Below, in pieces: positions 1 to 19,173 of a stretch of 64,000 nucleotides of DNA. Numbering within the stretch: the stretch's first letter is position 1; the number at the start of each line of letters is the position of its first letter. The notes under the pieces are model-generated. The model saw only the letters and a list, made by a program, of their open reading frames with translations. It was not told where the DNA came from and made no database searches. This DNA is from Hormiphora californensis (Eukaryota > Animalia > Ctenophora): contig CM035356.1 of the NCBI GenBank assembly GCA_020137815.1, positions 5,952,001 through 6,016,000 on the forward strand, in the 5' to 3' direction. The position numbers were made by a program, and so were the translations under genes.

Positions 1-59
1 ATCAGAGCTTTCCATCTTCTTGCTGCCCTCTTGGGCTCTTACATAGACATTTGCTGAAA

Positions 60-103
60 CTCAAATTAATTTGTTTAAAGTAGTGTTGAAAAGTTTGAAA
101 CTC
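60..103 (-). other. Spliced-leader (SL) sequence heading a leftward retrocopy that runs off the window
   Basis: Reverse complement reads GAGTTTCAAACTTTTCAACACTACTTTAAACAAATTAATTTGAG, identical to 272-315. It is followed by TTTCAGC..., not a GT donor, so it is not an SL RNA gene. Identity as the ctenophore SL is from recall. Confidence 0.75.
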
Positions 104-271
104 ATTCCTCGTACATTTAGCAAATGGGGTTTTTAAAAAATGAAGGAAAGAAAATCTGTTTATGAGGCCCCTCGGAAATGTTCAAGTCATGCACAATCAA
201 GTCACGCCCACCAATCACAGCTCAGAACGCGCGAAGCAGTCCGCGCGTTCTGAGCTGTGATTGGTGGGCGT

Positions 272-1461
272 GAGTTTCAAACTTTTCAACACTACTTTAA
301 ACAAATTAATTTGAGCAGGTAGATATGGTGATGTGATAGCCCCTATGGGCAGACCGTACGATATGACAGTTATTCCAGTACGTCAAGAGGAGCTGACTCA
401 GGCTGATTTGGATTGGTATGCGAGCCGGATCCTGACCATGGTCAAGTATGCAGGGATTCCTTCACCGGATTTAACCAGAAAGTTAGGGAGTAGCCCTGAG
501 GATATCAGGGAAATACCGACATCTTTCAATATCCACTCATCCCACACGAAACGTGATTTGGCATCTGTGTTAGAAGATGTATTTATGTCGACCTTGCCAC
601 TTCTTAAGTACTTCCAACATCGTTTCAACGTCGAGAAGTCGCCTGAGTTGGAATTAAAGGAAGAAAGAGATGAACTGTTGAGAAAGAGTTTGGAGTTGCA
701 GAAAAAAGAGGAGATATTGAGAGTTGAGATGGATGACCTGTTGAGAAAGACTATTAGGTTACAAGAGCAGGTCATTGAGCTTCAGGACACTCAACTACAT
801 CGAGTAACCGAAACAGTACAGAAAGATCTGCGCTCTTTCTCAACTGTCTTGACGCAGAATTGTAGGTCTGCTCTTGCACCGAAAAATATCAAGAAAGATG
901 AAGGGAAAGCTCATGGCAAAAAAGTTGATTCGAGTCCAGATCCAGACAGATCCAAAAATCTGATGGTGTTTGGTCTACCGGAAGTTGAGGCAGAATCTGA
1001 ATCTGTGTTGAAATGCGAGATAGAGAATGTTTTGGCTGAGCTTGATGAGAAACCTATTGTTGTAGCTAAAAGGGTGGGTTTGAAACGGGAAGGAAGGGAG
1101 AGACCCGTGATCGTGAAGCTACAGAGTAGAGAAATGCTGCTGAGCCTTCTCCAGAAGGCTAGGCAGTTGAAACAGTCCGAATCGTACTGCGGTGTATACT
1201 TGTCAAGAGATATGTCACTCGCAGAGAGAACGGAGAGGAGGGAACTCCACCTTACATTGAAGGAGTTAAGGGAATCGAATCCCGAAAGACAATTTCGGAT
1301 ACGGAAAGGAGCGATAAACTTTTCATAGACTATCTTTATAAACTGGACTCTTAAATGGACTCATATCTTTGATCAACCGTTTTTTGCCCACAAAAAGGGG
1401 CTGATAATTTGATACATCAAACTGTGTAAATTATTATATAGATTTAATAAATAAATAATAA
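272..1461 (+). mobile_element. SL-headed, ORF1-only LINE-derived retroelement
   Basis: Starts with the 44-nt SL (272-315), contains one intronless ORF and ends in an (AATA)-type tail. Flanked by a direct repeat TGGTGGGCGT(GA) at 262-271/273 and 1462-1471/1473. Confidence 0.8.
345..1328 (+). CDS. LINE ORF1-like protein (coiled coil plus RRM/CTD-like C-terminus, CR1/L2/L1-type)
   Basis: Coiled-coil segment, then NLMVFGLPE...RPVIVKL...VYLSRDMSLAER...FRIRKGAI motifs typical of non-LTR ORF1p. First ATG at 345 (the ORF track starts at GTG 333). Confidence 0.75.
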   Translation: MGRPYDMTVIPVRQEELTQADLDWYASRILTMVKYAGIPSPDLTRKLGSSPEDIREIPTSFNIHSSHTKRDLASVLEDVFMSTLPLLKYFQHRFNVEKSPELELKEERDELLRKSLELQKKEEILRVEMDDLLRKTIRLQEQVIELQDTQLHRVTETVQKDLRSFSTVLTQNCRSALAPKNIKKDEGKAHGKKVDSSPDPDRSKNLMVFGLPEVEAESESVLKCEIENVLAELDEKPIVVAKRVGLKREGRERPVIVKLQSREMLLSLLQKARQLKQSESYCGVYLSRDMSLAERTERRELHLTLKELRESNPERQFRIRKGAINFS

Positions 1462-1751
1462 TGGTGGGCGTGACTTGATTGTGCATGACTTGAACATTTC
1501 CGAGGGGCCTCATGTTTTCGTGTCGGCCAGGAAAAATATCGCGCGCGAGAGCAAATTTTATGCGTCGCAAATAATGTAACGCGCGAACTGCAATGTCCTA
1601 AAGTCCTTTTTTTTTCAACTGTTCACCCAAAAACTGAAATTTAATAAAAATTAGAATTTTGGTGGCGCGCACTATACGTTAACATGTGATAAACGCGCAA
1701 AAGAATTCCGCGCACGACTTTGGGGGGTGAACAGTTGAAAAAAATGGAGTA

Positions 1752-1987
1752 TATAGTCTGATTTTAAATAACTGTCGTTTTTACCGCACTCGATTTTGCT
1801 ATATTATGACAATATCTCCAGTTCCTGATAAGATAGAGACTTGAAATTTGGAGGTTAGGAAGAACTTAGCATGTTCTTCGCAACCCCCGAGTTTCAAGTC
1901 TTTATCTCATCAGGAACCGGAGTTATTGTAATAATAGAGCAAAATCGAGTGCGGTAAAAACGATAGTTATTTAAAATCAGACTTTAT
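1752..1987. mobile_element. Hairpin MITE (imperfect ~110-bp arms)
   Basis: AGTCTGATTTTAAATAAC...CCGCACTCGATTTTGCT pairs with AGCAAAATCGAGTGCGG...GTTATTTAAAATCAGACT. A smaller inverted-repeat element lies just upstream (~1604-1750). Confidence 0.7.
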
Positions 1988-2149
1988 CCAGCTGAGAGAG
2001 ATTTTGCAACGCGGATAAAAATTTGACAACATTTCGCAAAATTAAAACGGTTTTTTAGGATGACTCATCGCGATTAACTCTTCATACGATTACCCCCTTT
2101 CTCTCTTCGGCAGCTTCTCTTCGGCTGTTGGAAAGTGATGCCAATCGGT

Positions 2150-2630
2150 GTTGGGGTTAGTGAATTTTTTTAGGATGAGGGTTAAGGTAGGGTTTGGGTT
2201 AGGGTTGGGGTTTGGGTTGGGGTTAGGCCTTGAAATTTCCTACCAGATAAACTTTGAATTAACCAAAACGGTTGAGTGGTTTGGCGGTTAGAGCCATTTT
2301 TAGTGAATCAACTTTTTTGGAAGGGCGCACCTGTAAACAGGCCACCAAACACCCTGCAGATCGTAACGGCGCCCCGGGCGGCTGTTGTTGGTCAATCAGC
2401 TGTCTGGCGCCGCGACCCATCTGAGCGCACTGTCGCGCGCTCAGATTAGGGTCTGGTGTCACAATTTATCACGCTGCGTGAGTGATCTGGTGGGATCGTT
2501 GAGAATCAAATTGGGGTCTGGCGCCGCCAGACAGTCAATCAGTGCCTTGAGGCATGACCTCTGTGACATATCTTTGCCACTGCCTAGTGCCTAACCCCAA
2601 CTCGAACCGCAGCCCTAACCCTAATTAGTC
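2150..2630. repeat. Interspersed repeat with degenerate TTAGGG-like tracts
   Basis: GGTTAGGG-like runs at 2180-2226 and CCCTAA-like runs at 2590-2622. 2190-2320 has an inverted homolog at ~17633-17770. Confidence 0.6.
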
Positions 2631-2631
2631 C

Positions 2632-3218
2632 TTGGCATACGTTGCAGGCCCCTTATAATATAATATAAGGGGCCTGGAGGGAATACCGCGCTGGGGGGAA
2701 TACATAATCAATCATATCTCCGGTTCCAGATAAGGTACAGAAATCGTTTTGGTAGCGTTGGAAAGAGGAAGATAACAGCTTTCAAATGCAACCGGTTTCA
2801 GGTCTCTATCTTATCAGGAACAGGAGATATGAACCAAACTCCGCAAAATCGAGTGCGGTAAAATAAAAAATTTCGAGATTTTAATTCAAATTTGAAACAA
2901 AGTGTCCCTGCAGGGACCTGTGACGTCACTTTTTGAAAACAACCAATCTTTGAACGGCTATTGCTCAGCCTTCTGAAGTCCAATTAACTCGTCTCAAAAA
3001 CAGCAAGGTAGATAATTGTCAGATCTAACAGCTAGTGAAAGAATCAAGTCAAACGGACTTCAGGGGCCAAAGTTATAAGCACCGCCGTTTTTTCGCTCGC
3101 AAAGTTATCTTCGACCCAGCTGGGCCCGTCCTGAGCTCAGGCCAAACGCGCGCGCGGCATTCCCTTCAGTCCCCTCGTTGCGGGGGTGCGCGCATGAGGG
3201 GGCTGCAGCGCATTCCAA
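2632..3218. mobile_element. Non-autonomous TIR transposon, 9-bp TSD (Mutator-like), copy 1
   Basis: 587 bp with imperfect 25-bp TIRs TTGGCATACG.../...CGCATTCCAA. TSD AATTAGTCC at 2623-2631 and 3219-3227. Near-identical to 18587-19173. Confidence 0.85.
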
Positions 3219-4247
3219 AATTAGTCCTAAACCTAAAAAACTGTGAGTGCTTACACTTAGAATACTAGAGTACCCGTCAATGTCCTCTTTCTAATGAGCC
3301 CAAGATTTTGCAAATTGGTCAAGAAATGGCTGAGTTATGGCCAAAACAGTTTTAAATTCTCAGGAGACGGGTCAACCTTTACCGCTTACCCCGTTTGCTG
3401 GGAACCCGTGACCTGGTAAATGGTAATTTATCCTCATATCATATAACCGGTGACATTTGTGTTTGATTTTTAAAAGATAAATTAATTTGTTTGTTCCTTA
3501 GAGCAATGAGTCTCATAGTAGGAGCGCGTTACAATTTCGGCGAGGCGGGTAAATCATTTAGTGTAACGCGCGAATTTCCCCAAAAAAGCGCCGCTTTTTT
3601 ACGCCGCGCGCGGAACCTAGAATTACGCGCGCAGTGTAAAATTTTAAAATTCATTGTATTGAAAATTTCCTCGCCAAAAAAAAGTCGACGAAAAATTCCA
3701 AATTCGTGAATTTAGAATTATAAGAACTCCGGTCAGTTCTCATCTTGCCAATCCGTTTTCCGGGAACCCCTGGCCAAAGGACATTAAAGTTCACATAACG
3801 ACCAAGTTTCATATCGATTGGATAAGATTTTGGGTGGCTACGGTGAAAAATATCGTATTTTTGGCATTTTTAACTTTCCCGACGCGATTTACGACCCTTA
3901 AACATTGAGTTACGGGAAATCGCTATCATGTAAAATGAAGTTCAAACGATTCTCTTTCCCCACTATTGCGTTAGTTTTTTGATTTAGAGCCGTTTTCAGG
4001 GTCTTAGAAGCGTTTGAAAAATGTAAGTATTTTTGGCGCAATGACGTCACCCCGTGACGTCACTGTTGTAAAGATCGGATCAAAAATCTGAGCCCGTACT
4101 TACACCCGCCTTGGTCCAAAGTACCAGTGTACAAATTTTCAGGGGTCTAGCTCAAAAACTGTAGGAGGAGTAGGGAGAAAACAATTATCGGACTAACATT
4201 TTGGAATTTATTATATGGATAACTTCAATAATATTTCTTTAGCTGTG

Positions 4248-5933
4248 ATGTTCAAAGCTGGTGACTGTGTGTGGGTTAAACTAAAGGGTTATCCTTACTG
4301 GCCCGCTCGAATTGACAAGATTGACCGAAATCTAATGTGCACCGTAAGTCTTTTCGAAATTTTGTGACAAACGTCTACTAGGCGTGGTTCAGTGTTCACA
4401 GAGAACACAGTCGGCGACAGGGGGATACAACCTAACATGATAATATCGAGAGTTCACATTTGTTAATATCGGAAAGGATCATGGATAGGTGCCTTGTTCG
4501 ACCCTCCTTCCCCGCGCCCCGGTTTGAACAAAACAAGGATAGGTACCGATCAGTGGTAAAGGATCCTATCGGATGAATTGTGTTAACAAATAAAAACACA
4601 GTATGAGCTACTTTGAACCTTTAAACGAGAGAGGTAAAGACTCTTTACTAAAGAGTACTTTATTTTCAGTTATTTTACTTTGGAACACACGAGATAGGTA
4701 AACAGAAAACTGATCAGCTCCTTCCGTTCACAAAGGAAAACAGAAACAGGTAATACCATTATCTAAAACTCGATAAAAGTCTCTATTGGTTGATTCTATT
4801 GATTGTTTCTAAATTATGGTTAAATTTCTGGTCAGGTACGCGATATTCACAAAGAAAAGTGGTCGGTCTCTACTGGAGGGCGTGTTGGAGGCGGAGGAGA
4901 ATCCCACGGCTAAACCTAAAGATACCTTGACAAGCCTAAAGACAGACGTTCAGGTAGGATGTCTTAAACATGAACCTTGTTTTCCTGTGTGGTAGGGTGT
5001 GAACCTTGTTCTCCTGCCTGCTGGTCCCATGGATGAGTGTGGCAAAATACTTTTGTCATAATTGGACGAAATTCCGTGTTTTTACTCAGTATAACAATCA
5101 TGTTCATGTAAATTAGTTACACAATTTGTTTCAGCTCTGGGCGGTCATGGGGGAGAGAGGGAGGAATGAGTTCAGGGGACGTTACCCAAAACGAGCCATC
5201 GAAACGGAGAAAGATTATGTTTTATATGAAAAGGGTACGTATTTTTCTTAAAGTCCTATTCTATTTCTAACTTTAACTGAATTTACGTAAGACCAAAACT
5301 TTGAATTGTTCATCCTTTTTAGCACAGACTCAGTGTCAGGCGACACTGTCCTATCACTTCCTACTTTTCAGAATTAAAGTTTGCTAGCCTACAGGAGGAG
5401 CAGAGATTAAAAACGGGAAAACAAAACTCTCGAAAACGCATCAACTCAGATCACTCAGAACCACCGCAATGTGCCAGCAGTCCCGTCCGAAAGAAAAGGA
5501 GAACCCAATCTGAGAGCCAGACCATAACGATGTCCCGGCCAGAGCATATAACAGAACTGTGCGACTGTCTACGGTAGGAATATTTGTTGTGCTAGACCCT
5601 CCAAAATTGTTCTAACATATAACTACCTCCAAAATTTCCTAAAATTTCCCCGTTTCTGCTCTAAATAGTCCTATAAAATTATCCATGTTCCCCCTTTCTC
5701 TAAACTGCCCAAGCACTACCAAAATATTCCCTCTCTCCAGATACTCGTTACGACAGAATCATCTAAACAAGACTGCAGCCCAGTGCATTCTATCAGAACT
5801 GGAAACTTTGTGTATTACACGCACAGAGGCCCCCGATATTCTTCTCACGTCCCTCGATTCTATCACGAGACTCCGGAAATTACCAAGTATTCAGAAGAAA
5901 TCACTGACTCTTTTAAATCAAATTAACTCGTGA
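4248..5933 (+). CDS. PWWP-domain protein with C-terminal LEDGF/IBD-like helical domain (HDGFL2/PSIP1-like), ~262 aa
   Basis: Exons 4248-4343, 4670-4749, 4836-4953, 5135-5234, 5372-5573, 5741-5933 are GT-AG and phase-consistent. VWVKLKGYPYWPARI...LFYFGTHE is PWWP. The C-terminus LRYSLRQNHLNKTAAQCILSELETL...IQKKSLTLLNQ resembles the LEDGF IBD. Confidence 0.85.
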
Positions 5934-6132
5934 TTGTACTGGATTCTGAAATGATATTGACACGTTGTTACAATTGTTATTTGTGAAATCAGTTTTAAAA
6001 TTGTTCGAGCAACTTGGAAATGTTGTAACTTACAGCTAGGACAAGGTCAGGATGATCAATTTGGTATACTGAGTTGGGTATTTGGAATTTATCTCAATAT
6101 TTCGATTAATTAATAATAATTCCCGGATAGGT

Positions 6133-9514
<3,382 letters not shown>

Positions 9515-10900
9515 TAATATCACTCTTGAAAATGCTTACAATTATATTATTTGCATTTTATTTCCAATTTTCCTTGTCTCAACAAAACCCGCTTCTTCTC
9601 ATTTGTCCCTAGTTTGTAGCGCGCTATGTTTCGGTCAGTGAAAGTTGGTGTTGTGAGAACAAGGCGCACGACAATAAACCGCGCGCGATAACAAACACTG
9701 CCAATCACTCCAGGGAGTTTCAATCTTGAGTCGCTGGACACTTTCCGTGCTCCGGAATTTCAATCAAATGAATGCTGAGCATTATGCTCATTGCCAAAAT
9801 GGACCGTGTGAATGGTGAATCACCGACCCTATATGAGTGCACTGAGAATCAAAACGGGGTCTGCACATAGCCAGACTGACGATCGTTTTCTGTCAGAGCA
9901 TTGGCCTGACAGATCGTTTTTTGATAATTGATATTCATACACAATGGGTGATCAATGGGGCATGGCGCCGCCATACAGTCTTTGATTGAGCAGAACATAC
10001 AAAGAGAACAAACACGTTTAAATAAAACTGGTGAAAACCAGAGATAACTTATAAATTAACAACCTCCATGTATATTTACACACGTATATATTGTGCAATT
10101 TTCGAAAATATTACTCAAAACTATCATTGCAAACGAAAGTAGGTTGTAAATTGTTCATATTATAGACTTGGTGTGTCGGATGTTGCTACAAGTAGAACCA
10201 TAATCTCACAAAATCTCTAAAAGAAGCTCACTTTATTACAGAGGCTTTATATAGTTACTTAGGCGCCGTTTGGCGTCTTATCTGGCGGCACCGGCCCGAT
10301 CTGACCGCACAATAACCAGACAGCTTCGGCGGGATTTACTACTACATTTCATAACTTTTGATAGCACATTTTATGATTTTACTTCTAGCAACACTCAACC
10401 ATATAATTATTGGGACTTGGAGATACGACCACATATCTATATTGAGATAATTGTTATTAGACAGGGATACTCATAGACAGACTTCACTATTTGTGTGTAA
10501 TGTAAGACAGAAGATTCTAGTGACATTCACATTCAGCACGTAGCGTGACTAGATAAAATACTACTTTTTGATATAACATATAAATTTTCTCAAGGGGGTT
10601 CAGTTCGATCACACAGTTCCGTATATTGGCTGTCAGAGGGATGCCTGACATTTCTTTCTCGAGAACAGATGCCATGGCTTACCTTGTTCGACCCTCTCTC
10701 TCCGCCAATGTAAAGGAGTGTTAGAAATAACAAGTCAGGGCGATATATGTCTGACATTGTATAATATCATAGTGTCTGAGAAGTGTAAAAACTCATTAAA
10801 AGGATGATGGTATATATAAAAGAAAGCGTTCCCCTTCCCTCTATCAGTAGAGTGTGTGGACACTGTTGTGTAGAGAGTGTTGAACACTACTCCGCTAATG

Positions 10901-15083
<4,183 letters not shown>

Positions 15084-15311
15084 GGTTCCGAGTCGAGGTC
15101 TCTTGGCGGGTCTGGGGCTAGCGATCTCCCCTGTTAGAGGGTCCCGTTCCAGACCTTCACTGGACAACTAGTGGGCTACCCAGCAAACCGAGCCTGGCAG
15201 GGGGAGATGGGGTGTCAATAATGTATCAATAAATGTATCAATAAACTAATACGATGTATAAAATGCTTTTTAAAATACAAACCTGGCCGGAAGGGAGGTT
15301 TTAGATCTTAT

Positions 15312-17279
15312 CACTAACCTGGCTTGGAGGGAGGGTGACCCACTAATCACTAACCTGGCTTGGAGGGAGGGTGACCCACTAACCTGGCTTGGAGGGAGGG
15401 TGACCCACTAACCTGGCTTGGAGGGAGGGTGACCCACTAACCTGGCTTGGAGGGAGGGTGACCCACTAACCTGGCTTGGAGGGAGGGTGACCCACTAACC
15501 ACTAACCTGGCTTGGAGGGAGGGTGACCCACTAATCACTAACCTGGCTTGTAGGGAGGGTGACCCACTAACCTGGCTTGGAGGGAGGGTGACCCACTAAT
15601 CACTAACCTGGCTTGGAGGGAGGGTGACCCACTAATAACTAACCTGGCTTGGAGGGAGGGTGACCCACTGACCTGGCTTGGAGGGAGGGTGGCCCACTAA
15701 CCTGGCTTGGAGGGAGGGTGACCCACTAATCACTAACCTGGCTTGGAGGGAGGGTGACCCACTAATCACTAACCTGGCTTGGAGGGAGGGTGACCCACTA
15801 ATCACTAACCTGGCTTGGAGGGAGGGTGACCCACTAACCTGGCTTGGAGGGAGGGTTTCGAACTAATAATACTTTCACTAACCTGGCTTGGAGGGAGGGT
15901 GACCCACTAATGACTAATCACTAACCTGGCTTGGAGGGAGGGTGACCCACTAACCACTGACCTGGCTTGGAGGGAGGGTGACCCACTAATCACTAACCTG
16001 GCTTGGAGGGAGGGTGACCCACTAATCACTAACCTAGCTTGGAGGGAGGGTGACCCACTAACCTGGCTTGGACGGAGGGTGACCCACTAACCTGGCTTGG
16101 AGGGAGGGTGACCCACTAATCACTAACCTGGCTTGGAGGGAGGGTGACCCACTAATCACTAACCTGGCTTGGAGGGAGGGTGACCCACTAACCTGGCTTG
16201 GAGGGAGGGTGACCCACTAACCACTAACCTGGCTTGGAGGGAGGGTGACCCACTAATCACTAACCTGGCTTGGAGGGAGGGTGACCCACTAACTTGGCTT
16301 GGAGGGAGGGTGACCCACTAATCACTAACCTGGCTTGGAGGGAGGGTGACCCACTAATCACTAACCTGGCTTGGAGGGAGGGTGACCCACTAATCACTAA
16401 CCTGGCTTGGAGGGAGGGTGACCCACTAATCACTAACCTGGCTTGGAGGGAGGGTGACCCACTAACCACTAACCTGGCTTGGAGGGAGGGTGACCCACTA
16501 ACCTGGCTTGGAGGGAGGGTGACCCACTAACCTGGCTTGGAGGGAGGGTGACCCACTAATCACTAACCTGGCTTGGAGGGAGGGTGACCCACTAATCACT
16601 AACCTGGCTTGGAGGGAGGGTGACTCACTAACCTGGCTTGGAGGGAGGGTGACCCACTAATCACTAACCTGGCTTGGAGGGAGGGTGACCCACTAATCAC
16701 TAACCTGGCTTGGAGGGAGGGTGACCCACTAATCACTAACCTGGCTTGGAGGGAGGGTGACCCACTAATCACTAACCTGGCTTGGAGGGAGGGTGGCCCA
16801 CTAATCACTAACCTGGCTTGGAGGGAGGGTGACCCACTAACCTGGCTTGGAGGGAGGGTGACCCACTAACCTGGCTTGGAGGGAGGGTGACCCACTAACC
16901 TGGCTTGGAGGGAGGGTGACCCACTAACCTGGCTTGGAGGGAGGGTGACCCACTAACCTGGCTTGGAGGGAGGGTGACCCACTAACCTGGCTTGGAGGGA
17001 GGGTGACCCACTAACCTGGCTTGGAGGGAGGGTGACCCACTAACCTGGCTTGGAGGGAGGGTGACCCACTAACCTGGCTTGGAGGGAGGGTGACCCACTA
17101 ACCTGGCTTGGAGGGAGGGTGACCCACTAACCTGGCTTGGAGGGAGGGTGACCCACTAACCTGGCTTGGAGGGAGGGTGACCCACTGATCACTAACCTGG
17201 CTTGGAGGGAGGGTGACCCACTAACCTGGCTTGGAGGGAGGGTGACCCACTAACCTGGCTTGGAGGGAGGGTGACCCAC
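15312..17279. repeat. Minisatellite with 29/36-bp unit variants upstream of WDR26
   Basis: Unit CACTAACCTGGCTTGGAGGGAGGGTGACC, with or without an extra CACTAAT. Confidence 0.97.
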
Positions 17280-17799
17280 AGACAGAGAAACAAGGATACA
17301 CTGAAGTGGACGCCACACGGTGTCTTTACTCGTCCACCTCTCTATCCTGATGTTCCCAAACGCTTCATTTCTAACGAATATTATATTGGGTTTTACAGTT
17401 AAATTATATCATATATAAACCCCAGCGGGTGAATAAAGGACCGCCCACTATAAAAAGCGAGAAACCTTGGTAGTAAATAACCCTCCCGAGGATGGCTCAA
17501 GCAATGCCGCTGAGATATCGTTTGTTGTAGCTGGTAGATGGGCCGGAGAGACACGTATGGAGCATGCTTGCGGTGATAACAACACACTCCGTGTAAGAAC
17601 AAGGATAGGCCAGGTGTAACGAGCGCGAGCTGGCAAAAAGTTGATTCACTAAAACGGCTCTAACCGCCGAACCACTCAACCGTTTTGGCTAATTCAAAGT
17701 TTATCTGGTAGGAAATGTCAAGGCCTAACTCCAGCCCAAACCCAACCCTAACCTTTACCCTACTTTAACCGTTTGTCAGCAGTCACGAAACACCCAGAT

Positions 17800-18575
17800 T
17801 TTATTTTTAGAAATCAAGGTTATCTGTACATAAAATGGATAAATAATTCGAATTATTTTTAATCATGTATAAAATGTTAATATCATTCCTGTCGCTGAAA
17901 CGTTTTGGGCTAGTGCCACGGTGACCCCTTAGACTGATCACAAGTGTCCTCAAGAGGCAGAATGATAATCGTTGCCTAATGTACCGGATAGAGTCGGGAT
18001 AGGATTGTTTCGTTTTATCGGAAAGTTTAGAAGCAAGCTTCTTATAGAACTTGTCTGCTTCATCGCCCATAATTCCTGATGTCGAGAAGACAACCGGTGT
18101 GAAGGAACTTTTTTCGACCTGCAAGACACGTTCACCATATGCTCGCTTCTTCTCATCCTCGTGTTTCTTGAGAGCCTTGGTAATAGGAAGAGATTGATTG
18201 GTGGGGGCTCGAGAGTTAAAGACGCGGAAATCAAGGAATAGCTTTGCCATAGGAGACCAGAGGTCACGTGCTGAGACATCTAATCGAGCCTCTTCGGTGG
18301 TGATGGCGGAACGGTATTTGAACTCCTCTCCAGTTAGTGGAAGAAGGTGAGGTTCGATTACAACATCCCCACACCCAGCCTCAGCTAAGAGGTTCGCAGT
18401 GAGATCACGCATCTGATTGTGTCTAAGGTTGACATAACCTCCACGGGAGCAGCTTAGACTGTGTTCGATCGAGTTTAGTTTGCCACATGCACAGTGGTTG
18501 GGGAATTCGTGGAGAGGAAGGTCATATCTCAGAGACAGAGCGTCTCTAAACTCTAATTTGTTCATCACGCTGTTT
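17800..18575 (-). mobile_element. 3' fragment of a CRE-clade non-LTR retrotransposon (zinc knuckle plus restriction-like endonuclease)
   Basis: ORF 17807-18568 has CACG..EHSLSC, RHNQMRD, RLDV, DFRVF, EKKRAY and FTPVVFSTSGIMG motifs of REL-endonuclease elements. RT is absent. An A-rich stretch follows the stop. Confidence 0.8.
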
Positions 18576-18586
18576 AACGCTGGCCC

Positions 18587-19173
18587 TTGGCATACGTTGC
18601 AGGCCCCTTATAATATAATATAAGGGGCCTGGAGGGAATACCGCGCTAGGGGGGAATACATAATCAATCATATCTCCGGTTCCAGATAAGGTACAGAAAT
18701 CGTTTTGGTAGCGTTGGAAAGAGGAAGATAACAGCTTTCAAATGCAACCGGTTTCAGGTCTCTATCTTATCAGGAACAGGAGATATGAACCAAACTCCGC
18801 AAAATCGAGTGCGGTAAAATAAAAAATTCGAGATTTTAATTCAAATTTGAAACAAAGTGTCCCTGCAGGGACCTGTGACGTCACTTTTTGAAAACAACCA
18901 ATCTTTGAACGGCTATTGCTCAGCCTCCTCAAGTCCAATTAACTTCTCTCAAAAACAGCAAGGTAGATAATTGTCAGATCTAACAGCTAGTGAAAGAATC
19001 AAGCAAAACGGACTTCAGGGGCCAAAGTTATAAGCACCGCCGTTTTTTCGCTCGCAAAGTTATCTTCGACCCAGCCGGGCCCGTCCTGAGCTCAGGCCAA
19101 ACGCGCGCGCGGCATTCCCTCCAGTCCCCTCGTTGCGGGGGTGCGCGCATGAGGGGGCTGCAGCGCATTCCAA
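18587..19173. mobile_element. Non-autonomous TIR transposon, 9-bp TSD, copy 2
   Basis: Same element as 2632-3218. TSD CGCTGGCCC at 18578-18586 and 19174-19182. Confidence 0.85.

Larger units (their letters stand above)
162..1513. mobile_element. Hairpin MITE interrupted in its right arm by a retroinsertion
   Basis: 162-213 is the exact reverse complement of 1462-1513. The inner hairpin pairs 202-233 with 242-273. Removing the insert restores a single ~150-bp palindrome. Confidence 0.85.

Noticed and set aside
272-330. SL RNA gene
   Set aside because: Neither SL copy is followed by a GT donor and intron-like portion. Both are fused to mRNA-like sequence.
162-1513. TIR transposon carrying a transposase
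   Set aside because: The ORF is ORF1-like, not DDE. The TSD and tail show a retroinsertion into a pre-existing MITE.
2180-2630. Telomere
   Set aside because: Short, degenerate, internal and part of a dispersed repeat.
15312-17279. CRISPR-like array or repeat protein
   Set aside because: No unique spacers, eukaryotic context, and ORFs broken by stops. It is a plain minisatellite.
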